DNA of 64,000 nucleotides. It comes from Octopus sinensis. Taxonomy: Eukaryota. Shown piece by piece: positions 39,426-53,104 of the stretch. The notes below the pieces were generated by a model. The model was not told where the DNA came from. It made no database searches and saw only the letters and a program-made list of their open reading frames with translations. The stretch is from positions 103,168,001 through 103,232,000 of the forward strand of contig NC_043001.1 of the NCBI RefSeq assembly GCF_006345805.1, in the 5' to 3' direction. The position numbers were made by a program, and so were the translations under genes. Within the stretch, counting starts at the first letter, position 1, and each line of letters begins with the position of its first letter.

Positions 39426-39966
39426 GTGTGTCGATCGATCTCTCAGTCTGTTTGTTTACCTTCCTGCTTGTCTGTCTGTATGTATATTTGTCTGTGTGTT
39501 TTTATGTCTGTGTGTATGAGTGTCTGAGTAAATATACACACAAATAAGCAAATATAGGCATTCCGTGACACACACAGAGACACCTCTTCCCAATCATGTG
39601 ATCCCCCGATTGCGTGCACTCACATCCAGATGTTGTAAACAATGAGATTAGAAATTGTGGATCAGAGATGAATATCATTTGCAAACTTTAGACAGTTCGC
39701 TATCTTGTTTGGAGTGGGTTGGTGGGGTGGGGGTTGAGGGGGGGGGGGGTAGACGGAAAGACACAAAAAAAGGCGTGGCTGTGTGATAAGAAGTTTGCTT
39801 ACCAGCCACATGGCTCCGGGTTCTAGTATAGCCTCGGGCTGACCAAAGACTTGTCAGTGAATTACCTCACGTTGTTTTGCAATCACTTGGACACCTGACG
39901 CGTGACACACCGTACACCTGTTCAGACAACGTCGGTTTGTTGTGGCGGCCCATCTGAGGGGAGCTA

Positions 39967-40025
<59 letters not shown>

Positions 40026-40149
40026 AATGAATCTTGCAGACATGAAGTGGATTCGGTCCACCAGAGCCAAATTTCAAGTAACCATTCAACAGACTGTTCT
40101 CACGGTGGAACAATAGTTTTTCTGTGACAGTTTACATTTGTCAGATGTA

Positions 40150-40343
40150 AACACCCATGTTTTCAGAGGCGAATTATCAAAATCTCAAAGAATTCCTCTC
40201 AACAAACGGCTATGATACTTCCCCACTACTTCTGCTCGTGATCAGAGATGCACATTTCGTCAGCCACTAAGGGACATGCTCAACTGGTTAAGGGCAAACA
40301 ACTGGCAAGCAAATCTGTGGTATTGACCAGAATGTTTGCTGTA
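40150..40343 (-). repeat. Interspersed repeat; another copy on + at about 61092-61290
   Basis: CAGTTGAGCATGTCCCTTAGTGGCTGA.GA.ATGTGCATCTCTGATCACGAGCAG is shared between the two loci in opposite orientation. Confidence 0.8.
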
Positions 40344-41798
40344 CAACCAGAGTTCCTACGCAAACTATTATTATTATTATTATTATTAGCACCTTCTTTC
40401 AATTCTGTTTCCATTTTTTGCCGAGTGTCTTCCTCAACAGAGAGAGTGCCGACGAGGCTCATATGGATGCAAAGATCGACTCCCAATCGATCGCATGACC
40501 CTTGAAAACTCATAACAAACGCAGTTATACACGGATTGATTACAAAAAGGTCTTCGTCAGCATACCTTCCCCCCCTTTATTTTATTTGTTTACATTTCTA
40601 TTTTTTCTTTTTTTCTTTTTTTTTCTCTGTCTCCTCCTTTTTCTCTATCATATGATTCTGTAAATGAACAATCTGGTGTGCTTGTTTTAAGGGTCTACCA
40701 ATGTGTACAGTGCGTTTCTCTGCCCTAGGTGTCAGGAAGACACTCGGCAAGATAAATTAAGTATGAGTGGAACACTGGGGTCGACATCATCGGCTAGTCC
40801 CCACCCCCACAAAATTTCAGGCCCTGTGCCTTTAATAGAAAGGATTATTCTTATAATTATTACTGAGGCAATGACTTGGCAGAATCGTTAGCACGTCGGA
40901 CAAAATGCTTAGCGGCATTTCGTCCGTTCTGGTTTACGTTCTGAGGAGGAGGAGGAGGAGGAGGAGGAGAAGAAGAAGAAGAAGAATTTTTTTTTTTTTA
41001 CTCATTGATCGTTTGAAATTAACTTTAATATTAAACAACATTAATTTTTGACTTCATTCTCTTGAAGGAATCCCAAGATTCCTCCGAGTAAAATAGTGGA
41101 AAATATTTTAAAAAGAATTATTCGTGTGTGTGTGGTGTGTGTGTGTGTGTGTGTGTGTGTTTTGTATTCTTGTTCTTGTTTTTCATTCTTCTGGTATGGT
41201 TAATTTATTCTAATTATATCGAAAGTTAATTGTGCGTTTTCAGTGTTTTTATTTCTCGAGAAATTCTCAGTTTAACATGGCATTATAAAACAGATCAAAT
41301 ATACATTAATAGTCCCATTGTTTGCGGCCACCACCACCACCACCACCACCACCACCACCACCGCCGTCACAACCGCCTCAAAAAATGTAAGCAAAAACAA
41401 AGCCAACAAATGCCATCATCATCATCATCATCAACACCAACAAAATCAATCCAAGTCGACAACCTCAGCATCCGGGAGATTATCATGTACGAGCAGCCGT
41501 TTCCTGTTGACGCCAATGAGACAAACAGAAATACTGAAGTCCATGGGTGGAAAAGCAAAGTTATTTAAGTGGATTAAACTGATTATATTTAATTAAAGTT
41601 AATGAGCGAAATCTTGCCATGGGACATTCCACCTTCTATACTCACCCCCCTCGCCCCCTGTTAATATCCCAGTCTGTTATAGCTTCATGGCAGAGCAGCC
41701 TGCAGCCAACTTCGATTCAAAGTGTTTCAATGATTTGCTTGAGAAGGCTTGGCCTAAATTCTGGCGTGTGTCTAACACGAGATGATTGGCCTAATATT

Positions 41799-42032
41799 TA
41801 TTTCTTTACTACCCACAAGGGGCTAAACATAGAGGGGGACAAACACGGACAGACATAGGTATTAAGTCGACTACATCGACCTCAGTGCGTAACTGGTACT
41901 TAATTTATCGACCCCGAAAGGATGAAAGGCAAAGTCGACCTCGGCGGAATTTGAACTCAGAACGTAACTGCAGACGAAATACGGCTACGCATTTCGCCCG
42001 GCGTGCTAACGTTTCAGCCAGCTCGCCGCCTT
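41799..42032 (-). mobile_element. Full-length SINE family A, followed by three copies of a 21-bp tandem repeat (42032-42094)
   Basis: Complete head to tail; TAATATTGCGTGGGGATTGCC x3. Confidence 0.9.
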
Positions 42033-42789
42033 AATATTGCGTGGGGATTGCCTAATATTGCGTGGGGATTGCCTAATATTGCGTGGGGATTGCCTCCTAC
42101 GCTCAATGCTATTTCGTTTTTTTTAACGATAGGTGGTCGGCCTTAGTATAAGGGGTATGTCTCAACCGTTACCGATCATAGTTTATATTTCCTGATAGTG
42201 AAGTGCTTTCCGCGGAGTTTCCGAACATCAAGCGTGAAACGCAGCTTTTATCTTTTATATTCTTCAGTCATTAGACTACGGCCATGCTGGGGCACCAACT
42301 TGAAGAAGTTTTAGTCGAATGAATCGATTCCAATACTTTTTCTATTAAGTTATTCTATCGGTCTCTATGGCCGAACCACTAAGTTATGGGGACGTAAACA
42401 AACCCATGCCGGTTGTCAATCAGTGATGGACACATACACACATACGATGCGCTTCTTTCAGTTTCCGTTCATAAGGCTTTGGTCGACCGGAGGCTATAGC
42501 AGAAGACTCTTGTCCAAGGTGCCGCGCAATGGGACTGAACCCAGAACCATGTGGTTGGGAAGTAAGCTTCTTGCCACACAGACCTACCTTCGTCCATCTC
42601 TATAATCCTTTGGATAAAACAAGGGTTGGCAAGGTTCGTGAATGCTGTCACTTGCTCTCTGATGAACAAGTTTTTTTAAGAACATCGTGAAAACATTTCT
42701 ATTCTGGTTAGAACTTATTAGAAATCTCACATAACTGTTTGTATTATATCCTTCAAAAGACCTTGTCCATCACATTCAATTAGTTATTA

Positions 42790-43070
42790 TCAATAACTAT
42801 TAATTATGTACATTATTTACATTTGATGGATATTTGTCCTCATCTTTCTTATTGCTAACACAACGTTTTGGCTGATATACCCTCCAGCTTTCGTCAGGTG
42901 TCTTGGGGGAATTTCGAACCTGGGTTCTCGTTCCTAAAGTATTTTTCGATGTTGTTATTATTATTATTATTCAGGTCACTGCCTGGAATCGAACTCGAAA
43001 TCTTGGGGTTAGTAGGCCGCGCTCTTAACCACTGCCCCATATGCCCACGGGCATATGGCGTAGTGGTTAA
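42790..43070 (-). mobile_element. tRNA-headed SINE-like element with hammerhead-bearing tail and 5' fold-back
   Basis: Head GGGCATATGGGGCAGTGGTTAAGAGCGCGGCCTACTAACCCCAAGATTTCGAGTTCGATTCC (43046-42985); inverted head copy at 43049-43070 (20/22); hammerhead-like motif at 42856-42902. Confidence 0.7.
42856..42902 (-). ncRNA. Minimal type-I hammerhead ribozyme motif, decayed (G12 to A)
   Basis: GACAC-CUGACGA-AA-GCUG-gaggguauau-CAGC-C-aAAA-CGUU-GUGUU. Confidence 0.55.
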
Positions 43071-44627
43071 TTACTTACTTAGATACTATAGTACCTGTTC
43101 GGACTAGAAATAATTATCGATGATAAACTAAAATATTCACAAGTGTCTAATCGTTCAGTTGTTTACAAACAAATACATCTTTATCAAAAGTTAAGGGAGT
43201 AAGGCCTATATTTCCTTTGTTGTTGTATTTTCAATGTGGACCTTGAATTCTAAAGATATCAATCATGTTGATCTTGTCCGTACGACATTCGATCTTAAAT
43301 TGAACTATATACCTTTCCTACTGATTCACACCGCGAAATAAAGTCACCAAGGGTGTATATGTCACTGCTAAATATATATCCACTCCATAAGCAAGGCATT
43401 TTCCGGTTAATTTGAGCATTGAACGTAAACCGACTCACTTTTAATTTCTGATAATGAATAATGTCAGATTATCTTGTAATAATATCCATGATGTCCTCTC
43501 ACTATCGTAGCAGTCGGAGGGCGGTTCGCCCCGAGCAGCGCTTTTGAAGTCAGCCATAGGCAATATGAGTTTTTTGTGGGGTCCGGGGACGGCAGATGTA
43601 AGGGCCGCCCCAGGCGGCACACTCTCTAACTACGCTACTGTGTCCTATCCCGGAAGTTCTTTGTCTCTTATGTTCCAAATGCCAACAAATGGAAATAAAA
43701 TATATAAACCCTCAAAAGATTTGTGGGTGTTGTAGTCTTCGAAACTATTTTTTATGAGGAAGATTTTGCAACTACACTGTCCACTAACATGATAAAAGAT
43801 TTGGCAACTTAGGTCTGCTGGACAGTGTGACATGGGTTTAGCCAGAACTTGTACGCGTACACACACGCAGACCCCGATTCACACAGATTCTGTTCCGTCC
43901 GGATGAAGGATATTGTCGATGGATTTGAACCCAGAACAGTGTGGCTGTCAACTGTCCCACCCAAGCACCACCCAGCCATTCTTCTAAAATAATAACAATT
44001 TCTGACATAAAACATATTTGAAAACACGAACATTTTTTCGATAGAATCAACGAAGGCCTTACTGAGTGGGCGTATTTTGTCTCTTCTCGTACAATGGAAG
44101 TTTATTTGCCCCAAACGGAAAAAGACGTGGAACAGCAACGAAATATCTTTAAAAGAAAACGAAGAGACATGTTTGGTTATTGAACTGTAAACGAAATTAT
44201 ATTCTAAAAATTGTCTGAAGTATTCTATCGATTAAAATAAAACATTTTCCTTTTGAAATATGACAACCGAGCGCTGACTTTCAATCGCGACACAGTGTAA
44301 GGGCAATAATTCAAGGTTTCTATATTCAAGATACTTTCCCTTGTTTGATGACTAAAATGAAAGCGGTTATAAATTTCAATTACAAAATAATGACCACAAG
44401 GTTTTTCCTACGTCACTGTCTGCCAAATTGGGTGCCAAATTGGGTGCTGCGAGAGATTCCTGGAGTGCCGCGAGAACTATTTTCGGAATTTTCGGGAAAC
44501 AATGATCCAAGAACATTCGCAAAGCTTGGGCCTAAATATAAATTAATTATATAAATCGTAAAATATGGTAAATATAAATTACGTTACACGACGAACAGCA
44601 CTTTTGCTACAATATATTACGTTTCTA

Positions 44628-45047
44628 GGGCGGTGAGCTGGCAGAAACGTTAGCACGCCGGGCGAAAAACTTAGCGGTATTTCGGCTGCCGTTACGTTCT
44701 GAGTTCAAATTCCGCCGAGGTCGACTTTGCCTTTCATCCTCTCGGGGTCAATAAATTAAGTACCATTTGCGTACTGGAGTCGATCTTATTGACTGGTTCC
44801 CTCCACCAAAATTTTGGGCCGTATGCCTAGAGTAGAAAAGAAACGTTAGCACGCCGGGCGAAATGCTTAGCAGTATTTCGTCTGCCGCTACGTTCTGAGT
44901 TCAAATTACGCTGAGGTCGACTTTGTGCTTCATCCTTTCGGGGTCAATAAATTAAGTACTAGTTACGTACTGGGGTAGATTTAATCGACTGCCCACCCCC
45001 GCAATAATAATAAAAAAATTCGGGCCTTGTGCCTAGAGTAGAAAAGT
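44628..45047 (+). mobile_element. Two tandem SINE family A copies
   Basis: Family A head and core twice, each with the GCC.T.TGCCTAGAGTAGAAAAG tail. Confidence 0.9.
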
Positions 45048-48000
45048 AAAAAATATTTTGGCTATACTTCTATAATATACAAACTATTTTAACACTTTTT
45101 AAAATACATTTCCTAATGAAATTTAATTGTAAAAATATAACAGAATTTTTGAGATAACGAATGGCTATGGGGGTTCACTCGACTGGGTAGGCATCAAAGG
45201 GATCCATAGGTAAAAATGCTTGACAGAATCGGTGAATCCAAAGTCCTTTGTGACATTTGATTCCAACTCTTTATGTTCTGTAGTAAAGGTTGTTTGCCAA
45301 CATTAAATGGCAGTCCTGGTTTAGGACGAATGTTGCTGTAATTTAGCCCAGGAGACATCGTCTCCAGCTGGCTATAAGACACGATCTGTGTCCTTATATT
45401 TTCGAACAAGGGAATTTAGCACCCCCACTCAGCTCAAAATAATGTCCGTGTACCGCGATTTCCGAGTTATTTCTCTACATCTTTATGCTTCGGTTTCAAC
45501 TCTATCCGTCATCCTTTCGAGATCAACAAACTAAGTACCAGTAATACATTAGTATTGATGGTATTGACTAGTAGTCCCTCCAACCCCAACCACCAAATTC
45601 CAGGCATTGCGCTTAAATTTCAAACAATTATTTGGGGCGGCGGATTGATAGAACAGTTAAAGAGTCATTGCGGCATTTTGTTTGAACCGTTTATATTTTG
45701 AGTTCAAATCTCAACCAAGCTTTTGATTCCTCTGGAGTCGATAAAATAAAGTGTCAGTCAAGAACCAGGGTCGATCGACCAACATCCCTTCTAAACGTCA
45801 CGCCTTGTACTTTAATTAAAAACAATTGTTATTATTCGGTCAAGTATCCAAGCCATGCAGGCATTGGTCAATGCAGCAACATGCTGCAATGGCGCATGTC
45901 CCCACATGTGATCTGATTGTCTTTTATCTTTTACTTGTTTCAGTCATTAGACTGCGGCCATGCTGGAGCACCGGCCTGAGGAATTTTTAATCAAACAAAT
46001 CGACCCCAGTACCTTTTTTTTAAAGCTTGGTACTTATTCTATCGGTCGATTTTGCTGAACCGCTAAGCACACCAGCACTGGTTGTCAAGCGGTTGTGGGA
46101 GACAAACACAGACACAAAGAGACTCGTAGATATATGCGACAGGCTTCTTTCAGTTTCCGTCTATCAAATTCACTTGCAAGGCTTTGGTCGACCTGAGGCT
46201 ATTGTAGAAGACACTTGCTCAAGGTGTTACACAGTGGGACTGAACCCAGAACCATGTGATTGGGAAGCAGGCTTCTTACCACACAGCCACGCCAGCGATT
46301 ATTATTGTAAACAAAAGAAAACACCAGCTCACGTGACACGAAAAGTTAGTTTGCTGTTGTTTTGTTCTTTTCAAGTTTTCTATTTAAATCGTATAAACTT
46401 GTCACGATTGTTTGTCGAAGGTGACCTGGTAACTATTGAGACAATTCTCCTAATTTTTGTGAGCGCGGAGCAGTCTGTTATGACCATTCCATGAATGATT
46501 TTCTTTGTATTATTTTGGCTGAAATGGCGAAAACGTAATTAAAGAAAAAAAAATAGGGCTAGAAGAGAAAAATCTATAATTGTTTTGCTTCCCATCTCGT
46601 CCGTGAATATCTATCAGTAATGGATGTGGCCTGGTAACCGCAGACGACAGCTCTAAGCAGACATTAACTGTGTCTCTTTCAACCTACACAATGGAATGTG
46701 TGATAAACAAAATAGGAATTTCGAAAGAAGTATCTATAAAACTAGTTTTTAAACATCGAATGGCCAGCTGGGGTGACTGGATTCCACCAGAATAAAGTTG
46801 TAATCAAAGGAAGCTATAGATAAAAAAAACGGTTGAGAACCAGTGCTTAATATAATATGAATGCTGGAGCAGAATCGTTAGAGGGACGGAAAAAATTCGT
46901 TTGTTTCGTCTCTTATGTCCTGAGTTCGAATTTTGCAGAGGTCAGCTTTGTTTTTTATCCTCTCGGGGATCCGCAAAATAAAGTACCAGTTAAATACTGA
47001 TTGATGGAATGGGACAGCATTTCCTCTTAAAACTGTTGTCCTTGTGTCTAACTGAGAAACCATTGTCATTATTGTCCATTACCGACTAGCCCCTCCCTTC
47101 AAAACTTATGCCTAAATTAAAACAATTGTCTCCAGAGCAGCGCGTTGGCAGAAACGTTAATGTATCAGAAGAAATACCTTCTGTCTCTTTTATTTTTTTG
47201 TGTTCAATCCAACCAAAGTGAATTTTGCCTTTCATCCTCCCTCGGTCAATGAAATAAGGTACCAGTCTTTGAGCCTGAATCAGAAGAAATAATTATTACA
47301 AAGGATAGAAAAAAAAGACAAAATATTCTAGCAGCATTTCTTTATTCTTCTTTCTGAAGTTTAGATGCACCTTTCTGCAAAAACCGTTCAAGGGCCATAA
47401 TGGACGTTGTTATTGATGGATAGTTCAAATACTGCTGATGTCGACTTTGCTGTTAATCCTTTCGAGGTCGTTAAATAAAGTACCAATGGATCACTGAGGT
47501 CGATGTAATAGACAAACCCATTGCTCAAAACTGTTGACCTTGTGGCAAAATGAGAAAAGATTATTAAAGGATAAAGTGCAATTGGTAGAAGTATTAGCGT
47601 TCCAGGCAAAAATTCCTCTTTGGACACAGTTTCCAGTCTTTGAAATTGGATTTAGAATTCTGTGGGAGAAATTTTGCTTCGTGTTCTTTTGAAATCGACC
47701 AAAGAATTACTTGTCACGCACAGGAACAGATCTAAACGATTTTTCTTTCCCATAATTGGTGGATTTCTTTCTATCTATGATAATTACCGTTTTTATTCAT
47801 TATAGGGCCACGAAGGGAACAGATGTAATGACCAAAAAAATTTCAATCCTACATACGCAGGATAACTTATAAAAGGTAAAAAATATGACACTCCCCCACA
47901 CAAACACCAAAAAATAAAATCAACTTTCCATGAAACAAGTATAACTTTACATAATAAATATATAAATCTTTTATAAACTAAAGAAAACAACGGACGAAAG

Positions 48001-49136
48001 AAAAATGGCCTTATATTATAATATGAGGCCTTTATGATTTCCCCTGTTGTAAGAGAAAAAGACGTGTAAAAACTCTTTAAAAATATTAGAAAAATAGCTT
48101 CAAACAAGAATTGAACTTCGTGTGTTCGAAGATAAGACTGGGCAAATCACAAGAATAAAAACCAATGACTTTGAAAAATGTTATGATGATGTTAATGATT
48201 TCTTTTAAAATTATTTGCATCGTAATTAATTCTCTTTTGAAATATAAAATAGTGGCCTAGATTATTCGAACTCAGGATAAATTAATTGATTACACTTCCG
48301 CCGATTAAAATTATTTACCTTTGATTGGTCAGAGTTACCATTCCATTGATGAAATAATCCAGGAGTCATATCTCAACCGGAAACACAGTATTTGTCAAAT
48401 GATCCCTAGAATATTATCAGATATAGTATCGCTATCCCGGATACTAAAGAGATCAATACAATGGTTATTAAATAACAACAAACCATTTGATTCGTTCGTT
48501 CCACCATCTGCAGGTGTGGTATTATTTACCAAGTAACTACATGCGATTCAGATTCCTGAATTTGATATCGGGACTGGTGACCTTTAAACCTAAACAGGAA
48601 TTGACTGCCAGCTGGATGTTATCACTATGGGGATGGCTATATGAAGCATCAGCGTACTCTCTAAGAATATTCCTGTGTTGCAGAGAGCAAACAGGTTTGG
48701 CTGAGTGGCTGGGATGTAATTTCAGATGTCCATGAAATGTTCAGAAGTTGGACTGATTAAAGCTAATTAAACATTAATTTCGAAAAATGCTCTGCTAGCC
48801 CCAGTTATTTAAGATTGGTAGATACATGAATATTTGAATAAATCAATAAATATATACATGAATACATGTACACACACACACACACACACATGCATACATG
48901 TGTGTGTATAGAGAATACTGAATAAATATCTAGCGAGTAACTTGGTTAGATAAATAGATATGTGGATTGATAAATGGAGAGCTAGAAAGATAAACAGACA
49001 ATATATATATATATATATAGTTGGAATTTACAAAAAACAAAACAAAATAAAAGACGAAGGCGGGTGTGTAAACAACAAACAGACGTATGAGTTTAACGCG
49101 CGGGAAATAAGAAAGTCTTTTACATTTCGATATATA

Positions 49137-49169
<33 letters not shown>

Positions 49170-49244
49170 CATACCGGAGTAAACGCATTAATGTGAAACA
49201 AGGTGGAAAAAAGAGTACTCAAATACCAGTGGTAGAGTAATATG

Positions 49245-49358
49245 CTTTATTTAAAGCAGCAGAAAATTCAACAAAACCTGTTACTCTGAGTTTCACGAAC
49301 GGGAATGTGAAACTCAGAGTAACAGGTTTCGTTGAATTTTCTGCTGCTTTAAATAAAG
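49245..49358. repeat. Near-perfect hairpin (52-bp arms, 10-nt loop) between (TA)n tracts
   Basis: 49245-49296 versus 49307-49358 with one mismatch; contains the 3' half of a hammerhead, GAAACTCAGAGTA. Confidence 0.9.
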
Positions 49359-49367
49359 TATATATAT

Positions 49368-50426
<1,059 letters not shown>

Positions 50427-50475
50427 TCATTTCTCCACGTGCGGTCAACACAACCCCACCATTATTGATCTATAT

Positions 50476-50525
<50 letters not shown>

Positions 50526-50652
50526 ATATATATGACAGACATATATGATAGACATGAACGAAATCATGAATAAAAAATAAAATATATTTTAAAACATATA
50601 ACTAGATGACAAAAAGTAGAAAACTGAATAAACAATATATAATAAGTAAAAA

Positions 50653-50754
50653 GACTACGTACGTTTCATGGCTATAATTTAAATTCGAATTACAATTAAA
50701 TTTAAATTTAATCGAAAAACAATTCAATTTAAAAGTATAGTCACTCCTCAGGTC
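50653..50754 (-). ncRNA. Minimal type-I hammerhead motif with long AT-rich loop II
   Basis: GAC-CUGAGGA-GUGACUAUA-(loop)-UAUAGCCAU-GAAA-CGUACG-UA-GUC. Confidence 0.6.
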
Positions 50755-50927
50755 AACAGTAATAACAATAATAGTTAAATAAATAATAAAATAGAATTAA
50801 ACAATATTTCTTAAAGAAATACAATCATGATTGTTTATATATATATTATATATTTATATTGAGAAATTTTATTTAATACTAAATTGAAATTTTTTCTGTA
50901 AGTTTGGAGTTATACTCCTTAAAATTA

Positions 50928-51010
<83 letters not shown>

Positions 51011-51054
51011 GAGACGTCTCGTGTATAATTCTGCAAATTATACTTGCAAAGACG

Positions 51055-51126
51055 ATCACACTGATGAGTTGCGGATGATTACGTAAATGATTACGTAAGC
51101 GTTAACAACGAAATCTGGTTTGTGAT
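51055..51126 (+). ncRNA. Type-I hammerhead ribozyme motif with canonical core
   Basis: AUCACA-CUGAUGA-GUUG-(34 nt)-CAAC-GAAA-UCUGG-UU-UGUGAU; 6-bp stem I, G-C closing pair on stem II. Confidence 0.7.
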
Positions 51127-51322
51127 TAATCTATATTTTGTATCTTTTCATTTGTCTTACTCGCTTACGTTCTGGCGTTTGTTGAATTTTCTTGAGAACA
51201 TTTCTTTCTTAGTGGTAAGACCATAGCGGATCTTCTTCTAGTATAATGGATGTCCTCTTACAGGTCATCATATTGTAAATGTGTATATAGAGCAAGAAAG
51301 TATGCTGGACATAAATGGGTTA

Positions 51323-51978
51323 TGTAAAAGATTATAACGGCCGTATTTTTCAACCGATTTTCTCCAAACTGGGAACATACATTACTTATGGTCCAGGGAT
51401 GGTTTTAGAATCTTAAAATTTTTCACATAATGAGTAACGGCTCCCCTGGGGACAGAAAACACCTCTTTGCGAAGCAACTTTCAGAAATTGACAAATAAAT
51501 AGATAGATAGATAGATAGATAAGATATAGATAGATAGATAGATAGATACAGAGAGATAGATAGATATAGAGATAGAGATGGATAGAGAGATATAGATAGA
51601 GAGATATGGAGAGAAAAAGATAGATAGAGAGAGATAGATAAAGAAATATAAATAGAGAGCTATAGACGTCACTGACGCTAGGAACTCGGAAGTAGATATT
51701 TAAAAACTTTCAAAGACGTGAGTCTAATATAAAAAGCAATATTTTAATTTTTATGACCAATTCATGTAAGGGATACAATCAATTTCTGAAAGTTACTTCG
51801 CAGAGTGTTACCGCCCTTCTCCACGTAGTCTAGGAACGGGTATTTTCTGCCACCAGGGGACCCGTTGCCAATTATTAAAAAATTTTAAGATTCTAAAACC
51901 ATCCCTGGAACATAAGTAATGTATGTTCCCAGTTTGGAGAAAATCAGTTGAAAAATACGGCCGTTATAATCTTTTACA
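51323..51978. mobile_element. Fold-back element/MITE with ~140-bp TIRs and an internal (GATA)n tract
   Basis: TGTAAAAGATTATAACGGCCGTATTTTTCAAC...GGGATGGTTTTAGAATCTTAAAATTTTT is mirrored at about 51838-51978. Confidence 0.85.
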
Positions 51979-53055
51979 GACACACACAGAAACATGCACA
52001 CACGCGCACACACACACACACTCAAAACGGGATTGTTTCGTCTTGTTCTCGCGATTCATCTTACCGTTTTTCATCATAAGAACATTTTTATTTCGCATTG
52101 CATTTTCCCCTTTATCAACTCCGTCTATTGTTTCTTCTTGCCTTCGTTCGTTTTTGGTGCGTGATAGGTAATACTTTCGCTATTCTAATAAGTTGTTGGT
52201 TCAGTTGAAATTATTTTTATGCTGAAATTGTTATGAAATTCAATTGTCAACTGACGAAGGGACCAGACTTGAGCACGTTCGAGTGTACTGTCCTTTCGCT
52301 TTTCCTATGATTTTCTTTGCGCTCATTTTTTCATACATACATACACACAGATACAGACTCACACATACACATACAAATACACACATACACAAACGGACAC
52401 ATATAAACAGACACACACAAATACTCTGGCATATAAAATATTGAAAGCTTAGAAGGCAAAATAAAAAAATAGGAATGAATCATGTAAACAGATATTGCCT
52501 TACTAAGACATTTAATATTGAATGACAATATAGATATTATTATGTTGTATCATTGTTCTCTATAACAAATTCTCAGTTTTAATAAAACCGTAGCAAGCCA
52601 GTGACAATTAGGAGTTTATTGCAATGCTGATCTTCATAGTTTCTCGGTGAATAACAAAGTTAATCTGTTTAATATGCATTGATGTTTTAGGAGAGAAATC
52701 GTAGCCACGTCCATTCTCAAAATAATTCCATCTCTGTTATGTATATTATATATATGCCTATCTTTAGATGTATGCATATCTGTATGTAATATATATATAA
52801 TGTATAATATATATATGCATTTGTGCATGGGTGTATATGAATGGAACGTCTATAGTTATATAGACACGAACACATACGAATACATACTTATATGCGTGTG
52901 CTTACGTATATATATATATATATACATTAAACTTTTTAGTTATGTGTGTGCGTACATATACGTATGTGTGTGTGTGGGGGGAGTGTACATGTATATATAT
53001 AGAGACAGAGAGACACTCGCCCCCCCAAACGCACACACATTACCCCATACACAAG

Positions 53056-53104
<49 letters not shown>

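Noticed and set aside
41230-41568. 112-aa ORF with poly-His and poly-Ser
   Set aside because: Built on (CAC)n and (CAT)n repeats, non-ATG start, no recognisable family; a terminal exon cannot be supported.
42975-43046. Possible genuine tRNA gene
   Set aside because: The acceptor stem does not pair and it is fused to a repeat body; treated as a SINE head.
52247-52282. CTGACGAAGGG...CTTGAGCACGT hammerhead-like string
   Set aside because: GAAA is replaced and stem I is weak; listed only as a possible remnant.
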